A program made the translations under genes and the position numbers. Source: Rhynchobatus australiae (lineage: Eukaryota). Taken from it: a stretch of 64,000 nt of DNA. Position 1 is the stretch's first letter. Every line of letters starts with the position of its first letter. The notes under the pieces are model-generated. The model was not told the origin of the DNA. It saw only the letters and a program-made list of their open reading frames with translations, and did not search any database. The DNA lies in NCBI GenBank assembly GCA_034780895.1, contig JAUZTB010000033.1:10447477-10511476 (forward strand), written 5' to 3'. Shown here in pieces: positions 50,669 through 62,709 of the stretch.

Positions 50669-51861
50669 CTAAATTTTACTGAAGAACTTCAGGGTACTCA
50701 ATAACAGTAAGGTATTTCGAATATGGACTCTGTACCAAACTAAGCCTTCAATCAGGGACTGAAGCATGAAAATTCAGCAACAAAAAAAGGTAGTTTTATT
50801 CCCATCCCTAACAGCAAATTTGTTCAGTTACTTTTCAAATATTTCTGAAAAGCTTTATGCAGAAACATGCCACTGATTTGAAATAGTGAAAGTAACATTA
50901 TCCACACCTTACTTAAATTAGCGAGTTTGTTAAAATATTATTAATCTAATTTGCCCAAGTATTGTTCTTACAACAAAAAGTTATTACCAAGTAAAAACTG
51001 CCAGTCTTATTACTTCCTTTCTGGTAAAGTTGTTAAAATTAGTTTTGATTACCCATTCTCTTCTGTTCTAACTAATTTTCTTGATAATTAAATATTACTC
51101 CATTCTGTGACATTCCATGTAATCAACTATATGATAGAACATGTCTTTGTATCAAAGTTATGGTGAAACTGGTTTCTAACAAGATGTCTACTGCCAACTA
51201 ACCAAAAATCAGAAGTACATTGTTGCATTGTTCTTGTTAAAATATCACCAACTCAGTATCACAATATCACTTGTTCTGTTTATAATACCACATCTTATTT
51301 CTACAGGTCAGTTCATGCACCAAGCAAAAAATAATGTAAATTCCAAGGCATTCCTTGATTTACGAAAGGGTTGTATTCTAGGAGAACATCTTAAGTGAAA
51401 AATCATAATTCTGAAAGGCATTTCCCAATAGCTTCAATATAAAAACTCTGGTTGCACTCGAGTTCAAAAACTCTTGATATGCAAGACAAGTTTTTCACTG
51501 TACCTCATAACAAGTGACAATAATAAACCAATATCAATACTCCTGCTCCTATTTCTTACATTCTTATGTAGTATTAATGCTCATAGCTTCATTACAGGAA
51601 GTGCAATCCTCAGAACTGCTGGGATGTTCTGAAAAATGCACAAAATAAATTCTGATGAATCCCACTTTAAAGCAGACTATCACATTGACAAAATGGTGTG
51701 AGAGAAAGTACTGCACAAAATTAATTATAGATGAAGGCTAGAGTGCTTTTTATTAAAGTGTCAGTGTTACAGCAAAAGGTCAGAAACCAAACATTTGTAA
51801 ATCAAGGAATAACCAAGTAATCTCATGAATTACACTTTTTAAAAAAAATATAAGTATTTAC

Positions 51862-52007
51862 CTTCTTATATCCCGTATGTCCTCCTGGCTGGCAGTGTGA
51901 CAGGCACCTTGGTTAATCCGATCTAATCTGATGGACCTTGGAGTGGAAGGTGGTGATGTTTCACACCTTATTGTCGTTTTATCTTCTCGAGCATCCTCTT
52001 TTGCTAT
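51862..52007 (-). CDS. PPFIA1: Liprin-alpha-1 coding exon (IAKEDAREDKTTIRCETSPPSTPR...SQEDIRDIR)
   Basis: CAG acceptor, AAG|GTAAAT donor, 146 nt (phase 0 to 2). Matches human DDKTTIKCETSPPSSPR...SHEDIRDIR. Not in the ORF track; read manually. Confidence 0.95.
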
Positions 52008-52805
52008 CTGAGATTAAAGTCATTGTTAATGAGTAAAAAGCTTAACAAAAGGGTCACAGTTTAAAAAAAATCAATTCTTAAAAAAAATGATTGATACCAT
52101 CACATCACAATGATCTCACAGGCACAATACAGCAAGCAAGGATACTGGGACAGAATTACCATGGCAGAGGAAGCTGAGACACTTACCATAATGAGTTCTT
52201 TATTTGTGAAGATAATATATATATGGAAACAACACAATGCAACAGTTCACATCTCAAATTTATTGCAACTTATTAAATGATTTTGAAAGACTATGACAAA
52301 ATAAAGGGTAGCAAAAGCTACAAATAAGTTGTAAAAAAAATCAAAGGTGTCCCGTGAAAGATGCCTTGTCTGGAACGAGGAAGTACAGGCAAGCACAATC
52401 TTTCTTTGCATTGGTGGTCACACAAGAAAACGTGAGGAGCAGGCCACCTGGCCCCTCAAGCCTGCCCTGCCATTCAATATGATCATGGCTGATCTAGCAC
52501 AGGTCTCAACTCCTCCAGATCCCCATTGCCTTCAATTCTCCCATCTTTCAAAAATTTATCTGCCTTCACTTTAAATACTTCTAATGAACTACCAAAGCAA
52601 AGAACACGATATGAACCATAAATGTGGATTTTGACTTTCAAGAATTTAAGTTACATCAGTTGCAAGTACTTGCAGGTATCATCAATCCTTATTCAGCACC
52701 ATTTATTCTGACAGCAGCAAGAGGTACATTAACAAGGAAATCTCTGCTCAAAGCATTCTTCCACTAGAGTAAAACATTTATGTTTTCTGTAAAAGTTAAT
52801 GTTGC

Positions 52806-53373
52806 CATAGAATCATATATAACAGAAACAAACCATTTTGTCCTACCTTTTTCATGCTACCCACGATGAGAATATACCTAGCCTATCCATTCTCTCCTAA
52901 TAACTACAGCCCTCCATTCCAGGCAACATCTTGGTGAATTTCTTCTCAACTCAGTTTCTACCCTTCTGTGGAAACTGGAGCTATACACAATACTCCAAGT
53001 GCAGCCTAGCAATGTTTTGTGCAACTGCAACATAACATCCCAACACGTAGTCAACACCTTGACCTATGAAGGCAAGTGAACCAAATGCCTTCTTTACTAC
53101 CCTATCCACCTGTGTTGCCATTTTCAGGGAACTATGGACTTGTACCCAAAGGTTTCTCTGTACACGAACATTCCTAAGGTCCCTGACATCTACCAGAATT
53201 TGACTTCTCAAAGTTCATTACCCCACACTTGTCTTGACTGAATTTCATCTATCATGACTCTATATTTAATTTTCCAGATGATTTAAGTCCCTCTGCATCC
53301 TTAGATAAACTTCATGACTCCAGCAACTTTCATATACATATTACAGATAATGGTTCCAGCACCAATCCCTGAT
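52806..53373 (-). mobile_element. CR1-type LINE fragment
   Basis: Minus-strand peptide QRNLWVQVHSSLKMATQVDRVVKKAFGSLAFI...HLEYCV. Confidence 0.85.
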
Positions 53374-53839
53374 NNNNNNNNNNNNNNNNNNNNNNNNNNN
53401 NNNNNNNNNNNNNNNNNNNNNNNNNNNNNNNNNNNNNNNNNNNNNNNNNNNNNNNNNNNNNNNNNNNNNNNNNNNNNNNNNNNNNNNNNNNNNNNNNNNN
53501 NNNNNNNNNNNNNNNNNNNNNNNNNNNNNNNNNNNNNNNNNNNNNNNNNNNNNNNNNNNNNNNNNNNNNNNNNNNNNNNNNNNNNNNNNNNNNNNNNNNN
53601 NNNNNNNNNNNNNNNTAGCTGCTTCACCTGAGCAATATTTACACAAGTACTCTGAGCTAGGACCAGAAGTAGAGGATGAAATTAAAATGAATCCCCTTTA
53701 AAACTGTTTAATGGGAGGAAGAGAAAGAAGCCATCTGAGAAAGATGCTACTGTTGCACTGATTGAAATGCAGATTACTATAAATGTGTCTGTTCAACAAT
53801 CTGTTGCCAGGTAATCAAAGTTCAATTTCATACAATTAC

Positions 53840-53869
53840 CTTCCTACGGTGCTTCCTTAAATCACTAGG
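53840..53869 (-). CDS. PPFIA1: 30-nt cassette exon (PSDLRKHRRK)
   Basis: Pyrimidine tract + CAG acceptor, AAG|GTAATT donor, phase 0-0. Peptide is the PSDLRKHRRK segment known from liprin-alpha-2 and other liprin-alpha isoforms. Confidence 0.93.
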
Positions 53870-54499
53870 CTGACAGACATATGAAAAGAAAAGAGAGAGT
53901 CATTAAGGATAACAAACTATTTAAAAGATTACACAAGATGTAGCTGTATTAGAAATCACACAAAAACAAGGACAGCTCGGAAGACTGAACAATGTAAATT
54001 TTATTAATTTCATAATGTTTGTCAGCTAAGTGTGACTGCAAATGTTTTTTGAATGCCCTAAGCAAACATTTATGAAAATTATAAGCAGTGATAGGTAGCT
54101 ACTGTACAGTTTGTGGGTTATGTCACTCTTAATGAGTTACACTTGTGGAAAACAGTACATGGTTACGATTCAGTCTTGTTTTAGTAAATGAGAATTGCAC
54201 AGCATTCCAAAGCCAATAAATGACACATCTTTCATTTGTCATTTCACATTCTCAATTGATGTACATTGGCTGGCTGGCCCAACCTGCATCAAACATCTTA
54301 AGAAATTTCCTTTTTCTAATACAATTGGAACAATAATCTGGTCTTTCTAGAGTGAGGTATTAAACTGCTTATTCAGTTAATACATTTTTGTTGCTGTTGT
54401 TGATTACTATATCACATATAGGTGTTGCACAGTTCCTCCAACTTCTGAAGGGATTTTCTTAAAATGTAATGAAATAGTTTGATGTTAAGACAAATATGC

Positions 54500-54782
54500 A
54501 GAAATACAAATCAAACTTGGAGGTACTCAGGAAGTCAGGCAGCACCTAGGGAGAGAGAAAAAGAACCCAGGTTTCAAGTGTAAGACCTTTTATCAGAACA
54601 ACAAACACATGGAAGGTTTTTCATAAACAAGGTGAATTTTATGCATTCTATGATCTTATTCATTTGTTTTCTGATGAAAAGTCATCTACCTCAAACATTA
54701 AATGTTTCTCTCCACAGATGCCTGGCCTGAGCATCTATAGTATGTGATTAGTTTCAGATTTGCAGCAGCTGCAGATTTTTGC
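54500..54782. mobile_element. Inverted-repeat (foldback) Penelope-derived element
   Basis: Left arm tcaggcagcacc...gtttcaagtgtaagaccttttatcagaa is the imperfect reverse complement of right arm ttctgatgaaaagtcatctacctcaaac...cagatgcctggcctgag. Confidence 0.55.
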
Positions 54783-57035
54783 AGAGATACAAAGTCTGTT
54801 TTCAAGTCAGATTAACTTAGTATAATATATGAAGTTCTGCATTAGTAACATAAAGGCAATCAAAACTGCTTGTCAACTGCATGAGCTAAAATAATCCTTC
54901 TGCTTTTACAAATCTTTTTGCTTTTTCAGCATCACTTCATAATGCTTGAGCTGTCAGGGCAACATGTAAAATTACATGCTTTATGAAACAGAGCAGTGGG
55001 TTAGGAAAGAATGTTGGGAGAGTGACTAAAATTGCCATGAAGAGGAAGGAACAGAGAAAAGGTAGAAGACAAGAAAATAGCAATGCTTAAAACAAAAAAA
55101 ATCCTATTCCATCAAAAGTGGAAGTTGCACTAAAATACAGTAGTGGATTATTAAATATTAATCTTGGCACCCCAAGATAGCCAGGATCACTTGAAAGCAA
55201 GCATACCATATAGTTACTAGGCAGCATTATCAAGACAGTTCTGGTGGCAACTTTCTGCCTCAGAACAATTTTTGAATCACAAGATGCAAGATTCAAATTT
55301 CATCCACCAAAGTGCACACTAAAAGGAAAAAATGTACATGTGCTGTGTTGAATCACACAGACCACGTTGGCCAAAGAACACTTTCAACAAGGCATTTTTA
55401 ATTCCTTACATAGGCAACAGATTTACACAATTCTTTTATTATGAGATGTTTTCTGGCCTACTCTATTCAATCCTAACCCCAAGATGCACTGAGAGTGAAA
55501 ACTATTATAATTGACAGAAGTTTTAAAGAGTGACCAAAAATGAAACAATGGATACGCATCAAATAAATAATTATTCCCATCTAACATCAATGTACCCAAG
55601 AGGAATGTGCTACTCTTCATCAGCAAAAGTGAAGTAGAGTTTTGCTGTCGGGTGTGGTATTCCTTACAGGAATCCGTTAACATTTAATCTTTGCAGCAGA
55701 AGAATAACATTATATTCAATATGAGTAAATTAACTGGTATAATTGGAGCCAGATGTCAATGGTTCAAAGATACATGATACACAATGTCTGTTGAAGTTAA
55801 ACACTGTTGTCACTTTCACAATTTCCTTCCACATAGAGCACTGTTTTCTAAGATTAAATCTTGGGGAAGTTGAGGTAATGCACTAAAACAGGGATTCCAC
55901 TCCCAATTTAAATGAGTTGGGAAATGTTATACTAAATGCTCATGATGTCTTTTGAAACTGTTGAAAGCTCCAAAGCTTTCATGTACCAAAATATCATCTA
56001 TGTTACAGCATACCCCTGTCACCAATTACTGTTAAATTACAAGTTATTTCTAAATGCTATACAAAAGTTAAATATTGTATCGACTAGCATTTTGCTCAGA
56101 GTTTACACTTTTTAGGAATGCTTTTTTCAAGATGACATGACGTACAACAAACATGGAAATGTTAAACATTTTAAAATACGCGACTTCTGATTAAATTTAT
56201 ATCATACCAAAATTAATGTGCAACCCAGTCCCAATTACATCACTATTAACATCCGTATGATGTTTCGCAGAAAATTTCAACTTGTCTGTCTCCATGAATC
56301 TGGAAAATTCATTATCAGTCTGTTTATAAAGGATTTATTAAAAATGTTTCTTCATTGATTTTCTATTGTCCATTGAAAATCTACACTGGAGTTGCAAATA
56401 AATGCTTAGGCATATTCAGCGCAAAAATCACCAGATTTCCTTTCTCACACCAGAAAGGTTTCCTCAATAGTCTAGTAGATTCATAGTCACCATTCTGCAA
56501 ATTAGCTTTACATTTCAAATTTAATACCTTAAGTTTACATTTCTCAGCTGCCTTGATGGTTTATGAACTGGTATATCTGAAGCAATGATCCAGACCTCTG
56601 ATTCTAATCCAGAAATTTAAGCACCATGTGCCTTTATAAATATCTTTAATTCCCTATTCATGCAGTCTACACCAACAGTACTTCTCAAATCTACAGCCTC
56701 TGCCACCAAGGAGGACAAGGGCATCATACCATCCTGACTTGGAAATATATTGTTTTATCAGTGCAAAATACAAATCCTGGAGCTCCAGTCCCAATAGCAC
56801 TGAAGGTGTATTTTCACAAGGATGGCAGTGCTTCAAGGAGGTGACCCACCACTACCTTCTTGGGGCCAATAAAAGATGAGCTACCAATAAATGCTGGCAT
56901 TGCTAGCAATGCTCAAATCCCAAAGAATGAATAATAATAAAGGGAAATGAAGTAATGTGTTCATCATCAACAGCAGATTAGGTAAATGTAATATTAACAC
57001 ATGACAATGTGCTGCTAAAAAGATTTAAAACTTAC

Positions 57036-57273
57036 CAGGGTCATGACACCAAGCCTGTCAAGCTCATGAGCAGCATTTCGAGGGGTTCGTCTTGGCGTGG
57101 AGTGTCCACTGCCGGGTGGTGAAGAACTGGCAAGTGATGAACCAGTGAATGAGGCAGGGAGTGTACCTCCTCGGTACCGGCAAAGATTCAGACCATCAAG
57201 GCTACCACTACCCACTCGGCTCTCAATTTCTTCAGCTCTCTGCTGTGTGGACTCTTTTTCTTCTTGGATGAGC
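57036..57273 (-). CDS. PPFIA1: Liprin-alpha-1 coding exon ([20 protein letters not shown]...[10 protein letters not shown])
   Basis: CAG acceptor, CTG|GTAAGT donor, 238 nt (phase 2 to 0). Conserved liprin-alpha peptide. Confidence 0.97.
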
Positions 57274-57758
57274 CTGCAAGACAATTAATTTGAGTGCTGG
57301 ATCACTTTTTCAACCCCTTCTTATCATAGTCATTGGGGTATGAATTTTTTTAATATATAGTATTACAGTTCCATCTCAAGCTACTATGTGGATGTTTCAA
57401 GTAAAGCCTGCTGTGCATGCTTTCATTGAGATTATAATTGGAATCAGAATAATATGCAAATATTCAGTCATTTGTTCAGCCTCAAATCACTTAAGCCTAC
57501 TTATATGCATTATTTATACATCCTCATTAATTCTGGTTAACAGGGCCACTACAGTTAGGGGGCCTACAGATGAAACCCTCCAGTGAGTTTTCCTTTGCTA
57601 TTTCTTAATTCCACCCAAACTGATTTTACATCATAATCATCTCGGCCAAGATTATTTCCTCTAACTGTGCTGATTTCATCCTTGATTAACAAAGTTATTT
57701 TACTTTTTCCTTTATGCCTATTATTCTGAAGTATTCAGTACATTGTAACAGGACAAAC

Positions 57759-57982
57759 CTTATTTCATTATTGATGGCATCCAACTGTTCTTGAAGCATC
57801 ATAGCCAAAGTTTGGGCATCAGCCTGACCACTTGGTGAGAGTAAATCGACAGAGCTGAATATCGTCTCTCTATCATCTTCCGCATCCGACACTTCAGCAT
57901 CACTCTCAAAAGCCTGGGCCACATTCGCCAAGACACTGGCTTGTTGTGCACGCTCCCATTCTTGTTCGTTCAAAGTCTGGAC
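57759..57982 (-). CDS. PPFIA1: Liprin-alpha-1 coding exon (VQTLNEQEWERAQQASVLANV...QEQLDAINNEIR)
   Basis: CAG acceptor, GTTTGT donor, 224 nt (phase 0 to 2). Near-identical to the vertebrate PPFIA1 peptide. Confidence 0.97.
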
Positions 57983-58974
57983 CTGTTCATAAAAGTGCAG
58001 TACATCTTGCTCAGAAACAGGATACCAAAATGTCCAATATGAAACCGAGATACAAGGGCAGGAAAGGGCCATTCAACCACATGAACCTCCTTCACCAAAT
58101 TCAATCTAGACATCAATTTCATCTAAGTGAAAATTTAAAAATCTGCAGACGTTGTAAATGTAAAATAAAACAGAAAATGCTAGAAATAGGTCAGGTCAGA
58201 CCACATCTATGGGAAGGAAAAACAGAGTTAACATTTCAGGTCAAAGTCCCTTCGATAGAACCCTTATTATCAATTCCAGACCCTCATTATCAATTCCATT
58301 TTATTCCCTTGGTCCCATAATCCTGAACATCCTCATCTAACAAAAATGTAATCACTTCGCAATTTTCAATAGCTTCCATGTCTCAATCGCAAGATAAGTA
58401 CTCATTACATACAACATTGTTTAAAAAAGTTATAAATTGAATTACTGGGGAAAGGGACCAATCACCTGAAAAGGTAACAATAAAGATGCACAAATGATCA
58501 ATTGTAAATCAAACTACTGGTCAATCTTCACAGAAAACTGAATTTTGCATCCCTTTTGGAAGTATCAATTCATAAGTCTTATTTTGATATCAATACTTGT
58601 AACACGATTTACCAACAACTTAAGTCACGTCAAACAAAATATACAATATAAATGTAGACATTCTTGAGAAGTGCTTGGAAATGGAAAGGAGGAAAATGCA
58701 AACATTAGAATTAAATGTGTGAAACTGGTGCTAACTGGTGAGCAGAAGTTACACTGGTCATTTGTGTTCAGGCGGGCAGCAACTTGGGTCGGACAGTGCT
58801 TACTCAGACTGGTCCCTTGCTTTGGCTCCAGTACTAATCCCCTGATATTCAGAACTATTTAATAATTGTTTAAAAGGATAATTAAAAAAAAATAAAATAT
58901 TTAGTCAAAACACAAACTGTCATAATCTAAAAAGGAGCAAAATAAAGAAAAGTAAACAAACAACTTGAACTTAC

Positions 58975-59183
58975 CTTTGTAAAGAAGGGCAGCAACCCCA
59001 TTCAAATGAATAGGGGTGCTGCTTGTATGCCACCGATGCTTGGCATGAAGCTAAGGGGCTAGATGCAAAATGCATCCAGTCCCTCAGTCCAGTATGATCT
59101 GGAACTGGAGTTCAGGAACACTAGCGTTTCTGCTTTCACACTGTAGTGCACACAAGTTGCTGACATCATAGGGTGGAGGTTCC
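58975..59183 (-). other. PPFIA1: Candidate alternative first exon or poison exon of PPFIA1 (ends ATG-GLLPFFTK)
   Basis: Consensus donor AAG|GTAAGT at 58975. ATG at 59001 is in frame with the next exon and preceded by TGA. Possible acceptor TTTTGCAG before 59183. Confidence 0.35.
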
Positions 59184-59428
59184 CTGCAAAAGCACTGGCC
59201 ACAATGGACCTTAGTGTGGGCCATTATCGGCTACACTAATGGAAGGTTGTGAGACATTACATTTATCCTTCTTTGGACAGATCTCTGCTATTTACCATGA
59301 TAGCAAATTGAAATGGCATAAAGCAAACTATACTTTTAGGTGAAATAAAGTTAAATCACTACTTAACAACTGACATTGTGAAACAATTCAGGATTAAAAA
59401 CTGTGCACAACGCATGAGACAAACTTAC

Positions 59429-59431
59429 ATT
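59429..59431 (-). CDS. PPFIA1: Candidate 3-nt microexon (AAT, Asn) of liprin-alpha-1
   Basis: Minus strand reads ...TTTTCCTGCTGCATTTCTGATGGATTTCTCTGCAG|AAT|GTAAGTTT. About 95 nt upstream lack any AG. Sits in a phase-0 intron. Confidence 0.5.
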
Positions 59432-60238
59432 CTGCAGAGAAATCCATCAGAAATGCAGCAGGAAAAGAAAATAATAATAGTAGCACATCATCAATAGATC
59501 ACAATTAAATGGTACACAACAGAAGTGCACTTCAGTGAAATAGGAGTTGAGATTATATTGCAAAGGGAGTTCAATATTCGCTGGGAAAATATATCATGAA
59601 AGAAATTTAGCAGTAAAATGGAATAATTGGATTGAATATGTAAATGACTGTTCAGAAGGATAGGAGCAACAAAATTAACAGTGCACAAGTACTTAAGCAC
59701 ATAATTTCCTGATGCTGATAGCATTATTTGAAATAATCGAAGAGGTAGTTGAGCAATTAATCACCAATGTCAGGCTTTTCACATTAGATGAAATTAGACA
59801 GGATTTCAAGCAAGCAGCATCACCACAATTGAAAAACTCACCATGAGCAAACATTTATTGGAAACAAGGGATCTAATCTGCATGCACAAATTCCAGAATG
59901 CCAAAATATAGCTATAAATTAAGCTTCTATTTAATATTCTAATAACTGTAAACTATGACGAAAGGCACCAAATGTATTCAAAGTGCTCTGATTGCCAGGA
60001 ATGAAAGAGTGAGTACCCATTNNNNNNNNNNNNNNNNNNNNNNNNNNNNNNNNNNNNNNNNNNNNNNNNNNNNNNNNNNNNNNNNNNNNNNNATCATCAT
60101 TATTGTCCAGAAGGACACACTCACTCAGTTTTAGTTATCCTCCAGATAACTGCGTCCAGCAACCGCAGAGATGTTTCAGCTCAGTGAAAAGTTGTCAACA
60201 GCCTCAAATTTATTTCAAATAAAATTGTGCAGATGCAT

Positions 60239-60278
60239 CCAAGATCAATAAAAAGCACCCAAGATCAATAAAAAGCAC
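60239..60278. repeat. Exact 20-bp tandem duplication
   Basis: CCAAGATCAATAAAAAGCAC occurs twice in a row. Confidence 0.9.
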
Positions 60279-61456
60279 CTACTTTCCTAATGACTTTCCC
60301 AACATGGATTTCAGGAAGGGGAAAGACACAATAGCCAGGACTTTGCAGTCAGCAGAGAAAGCAAGGGTTGGGGAAAGAAGGGGCAAGGAGGGAAATGGGA
60401 GAGTGGGAGAAAAGTGGGAAGGTGGAGGTCAGAGGTGGGGTTGGGAGGTAGATGCCCACAAGACTGAGTTATATCCAGAGAGCAGATCTTATCTGAAAGA
60501 CAGAACCTCTGATTAAGTAGCAGTCTCTCAGATCGACTCCAGGACAGTATTTATCCTGGAATAACCTGAGAAACCACAGTGACCCAGGATTTTCAGGCTG
60601 TTGTAAACACTCCTTGATTGCTGCTGATTTCCAAAATAAATTGAAACTTCATAGCAATTCACACAATAGATGTTTCCAGGAACCATGGAATCCTTCCAGA
60701 CATGACAAGACCTCCCACAATCTGCCATTACTTTAGAAAAAGAAAGTTGACAGGCTCAGACTGGCAATAAATCAGCAATTTTTCTGGGAATGCCATAATC
60801 AGCATCCCACTGATACAAAAAGGCATTAATTTTTATAACTTCAGAATAAGAGATCAACACCCACATTTTTGCAGTGTCTTTTGTAACCTCCGGACATTCC
60901 AAAGCTTCTTATGGTCAGTTTTTTTTTGAAAGAGTAGTCCTGGTTGAAATTTAGGAAACACTTCAACCAAATTTGCCCAAAGCAAACTAGCACAAAACAA
61001 ACTAATAGTCTTATTTAATGATATTGTTTGACGTATAAATATTGGGCAAAATGCAGGGTTAACATGCCAGCACTTCAAAACAATGGCACTTTTTATATCC
61101 AGATATCAGAACATCCCGTCCACAAGGAAGAACTTCAGTAATTTTGATGCTGAAGTCTTGGCAAGAGAACTTGGACTAAAATCTTTGACTCTAAAATAAA
61201 GTGTTCCACCAACTGAACCAGGACTGCCTGTTTGCCTTCACACTAAAAACCAAAATTGCTTGAAAAAATACTCAAGTTCCAGGCAGTAATGAACTTGCCT
61301 TTTTTGACAGGCAGGTAGGGTTAAAGATCAAGTCCCATTCTTGGAGTATAAATTCAATTGTTATGCCCTCAAAAAGTGCAAGAGTGGATAAACTGCTTCC
61401 AATCACATTGCATATAAAGTTGTCATAAACAAAAACATGCTACCAAGAAACTTTAC

Positions 61457-61604
61457 CTTTGAAGGTTCATCTCGTAAAGCTGCCAAGCGGCCCTTCTGAG
61501 TTCTTCGTAACACTGAGGTGCTGCTGTATGGGTCTGGATGGGTGTCTCCCTCTGACGCTGTTGGTAATGGATACCTATAATCTGAGCTGCTACTTAAATG
61601 AGGC
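61457..61604 (-). CDS. PPFIA1: Liprin-alpha-1 internal coding exon (PHLSSSSDYRY...RRTQKGRLAALRDEPSK)
   Basis: TAG acceptor, AAG|GTAAAG donor, 148 nt (phase 2 to 0). Peptide matches human PPFIA1 RPHLGSVPDFRF...RRPQKGRLAALRDEPSK, which points to alpha-1 rather than alpha-2/3/4. Upstream exons lie beyond the window. Confidence 0.95.
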
Positions 61605-62709
61605 CTATGGAACAAAAAAAAAATCAACATTTTGGGTAAATTCAGTGATGTGGCATGCATGCAACCTCACAGATTGAAAATGGAACTACATTGCCAAAAC
61701 TGTTGCCAACCCACATTCCTGATGAGAACGGCACCATATATCGAATTTACATGTCCGTATTTCACGAACAGGGCTTTCTTTGATAATAATTCATTAATGG
61801 ATGCCAGTAATATCTAAAAGATCAATGTAAGTTTCCAAAATTAAACACTCCTGAAGTGGAAAAGTTTTACATCATAAAAACAATTAAAAGAATTTGAAAC
61901 AACTTTTCTGCATACTTAAGTAACTAATTAAGTNNNNNNNNNNNNNNNNNNNNNNNNCTGACATTTCTTCCATTCTTAAAAAATATTAAAGGATCAAAGT
62001 ACTTGGGATGGTGTAGGAAAAGTGGCACCTGGTAGAAGATCAACCATGACAGTGAATGGCAAAGGCCTACTCTTGCTTCTATTTCTTATATTATGTTCTT
62101 GCATTAAGGCCCTAAATAATCAGTCTATGAAAATCCTATATGCATTAGCAATTTCAGGGTCCTTCAACAAATTATTTCAGCTCTTTCATCAGATGGTTAT
62201 GTAACGCAAAGAAATTGTTGTTTCAGGAATTAAGAAATTAGGACATGGCCATGCTCCAAAAAGGCCTCTATTTGTATCTTTGAAGAGTGCATATTGTACA
62301 AACCTTAGAAATAAATCTGCTGAGGGAGGCAAAGCTTACTGCAGGTTTAGCTTCTGTGGGAAATCAAAACCTCTTGACACTGCTGCCAAACTTGCACAGA
62401 GTAAATTGGTGTTAGTGTCCATACTCATTCCAGGCTCTCTCCTCTAGTATTGTGACAGGCTTAGACTTGCACATTGAACTGAGTTGGGATTTCAGCTTCC
62501 AGTTACATCAACATTATAGTTCAGTGCAACTATACACTTCCACAGAAAAGTTACTCATTATTATCTGCTGTATCAGTGATAATAATTAGCAGAATTGCCA
62601 GTTTTCCCTCAACAGGCCAAAGGTTCAAGAGACTAGACACTGCTCAAATTAGAAATGTCACCTTTTCTTCCCCAAAATATTCCTTTAAAGACCTCTGCAA
62701 CTGATGAGA

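Noticed and set aside
52181-52200. ATG|GTAAGT donor at 52187 upstream of the IAKED exon
   Set aside because: The only nearby acceptor (AAG) is weak and gives an 11-nt frameshifting exon, and there is no promoter evidence. Treated as a chance site.
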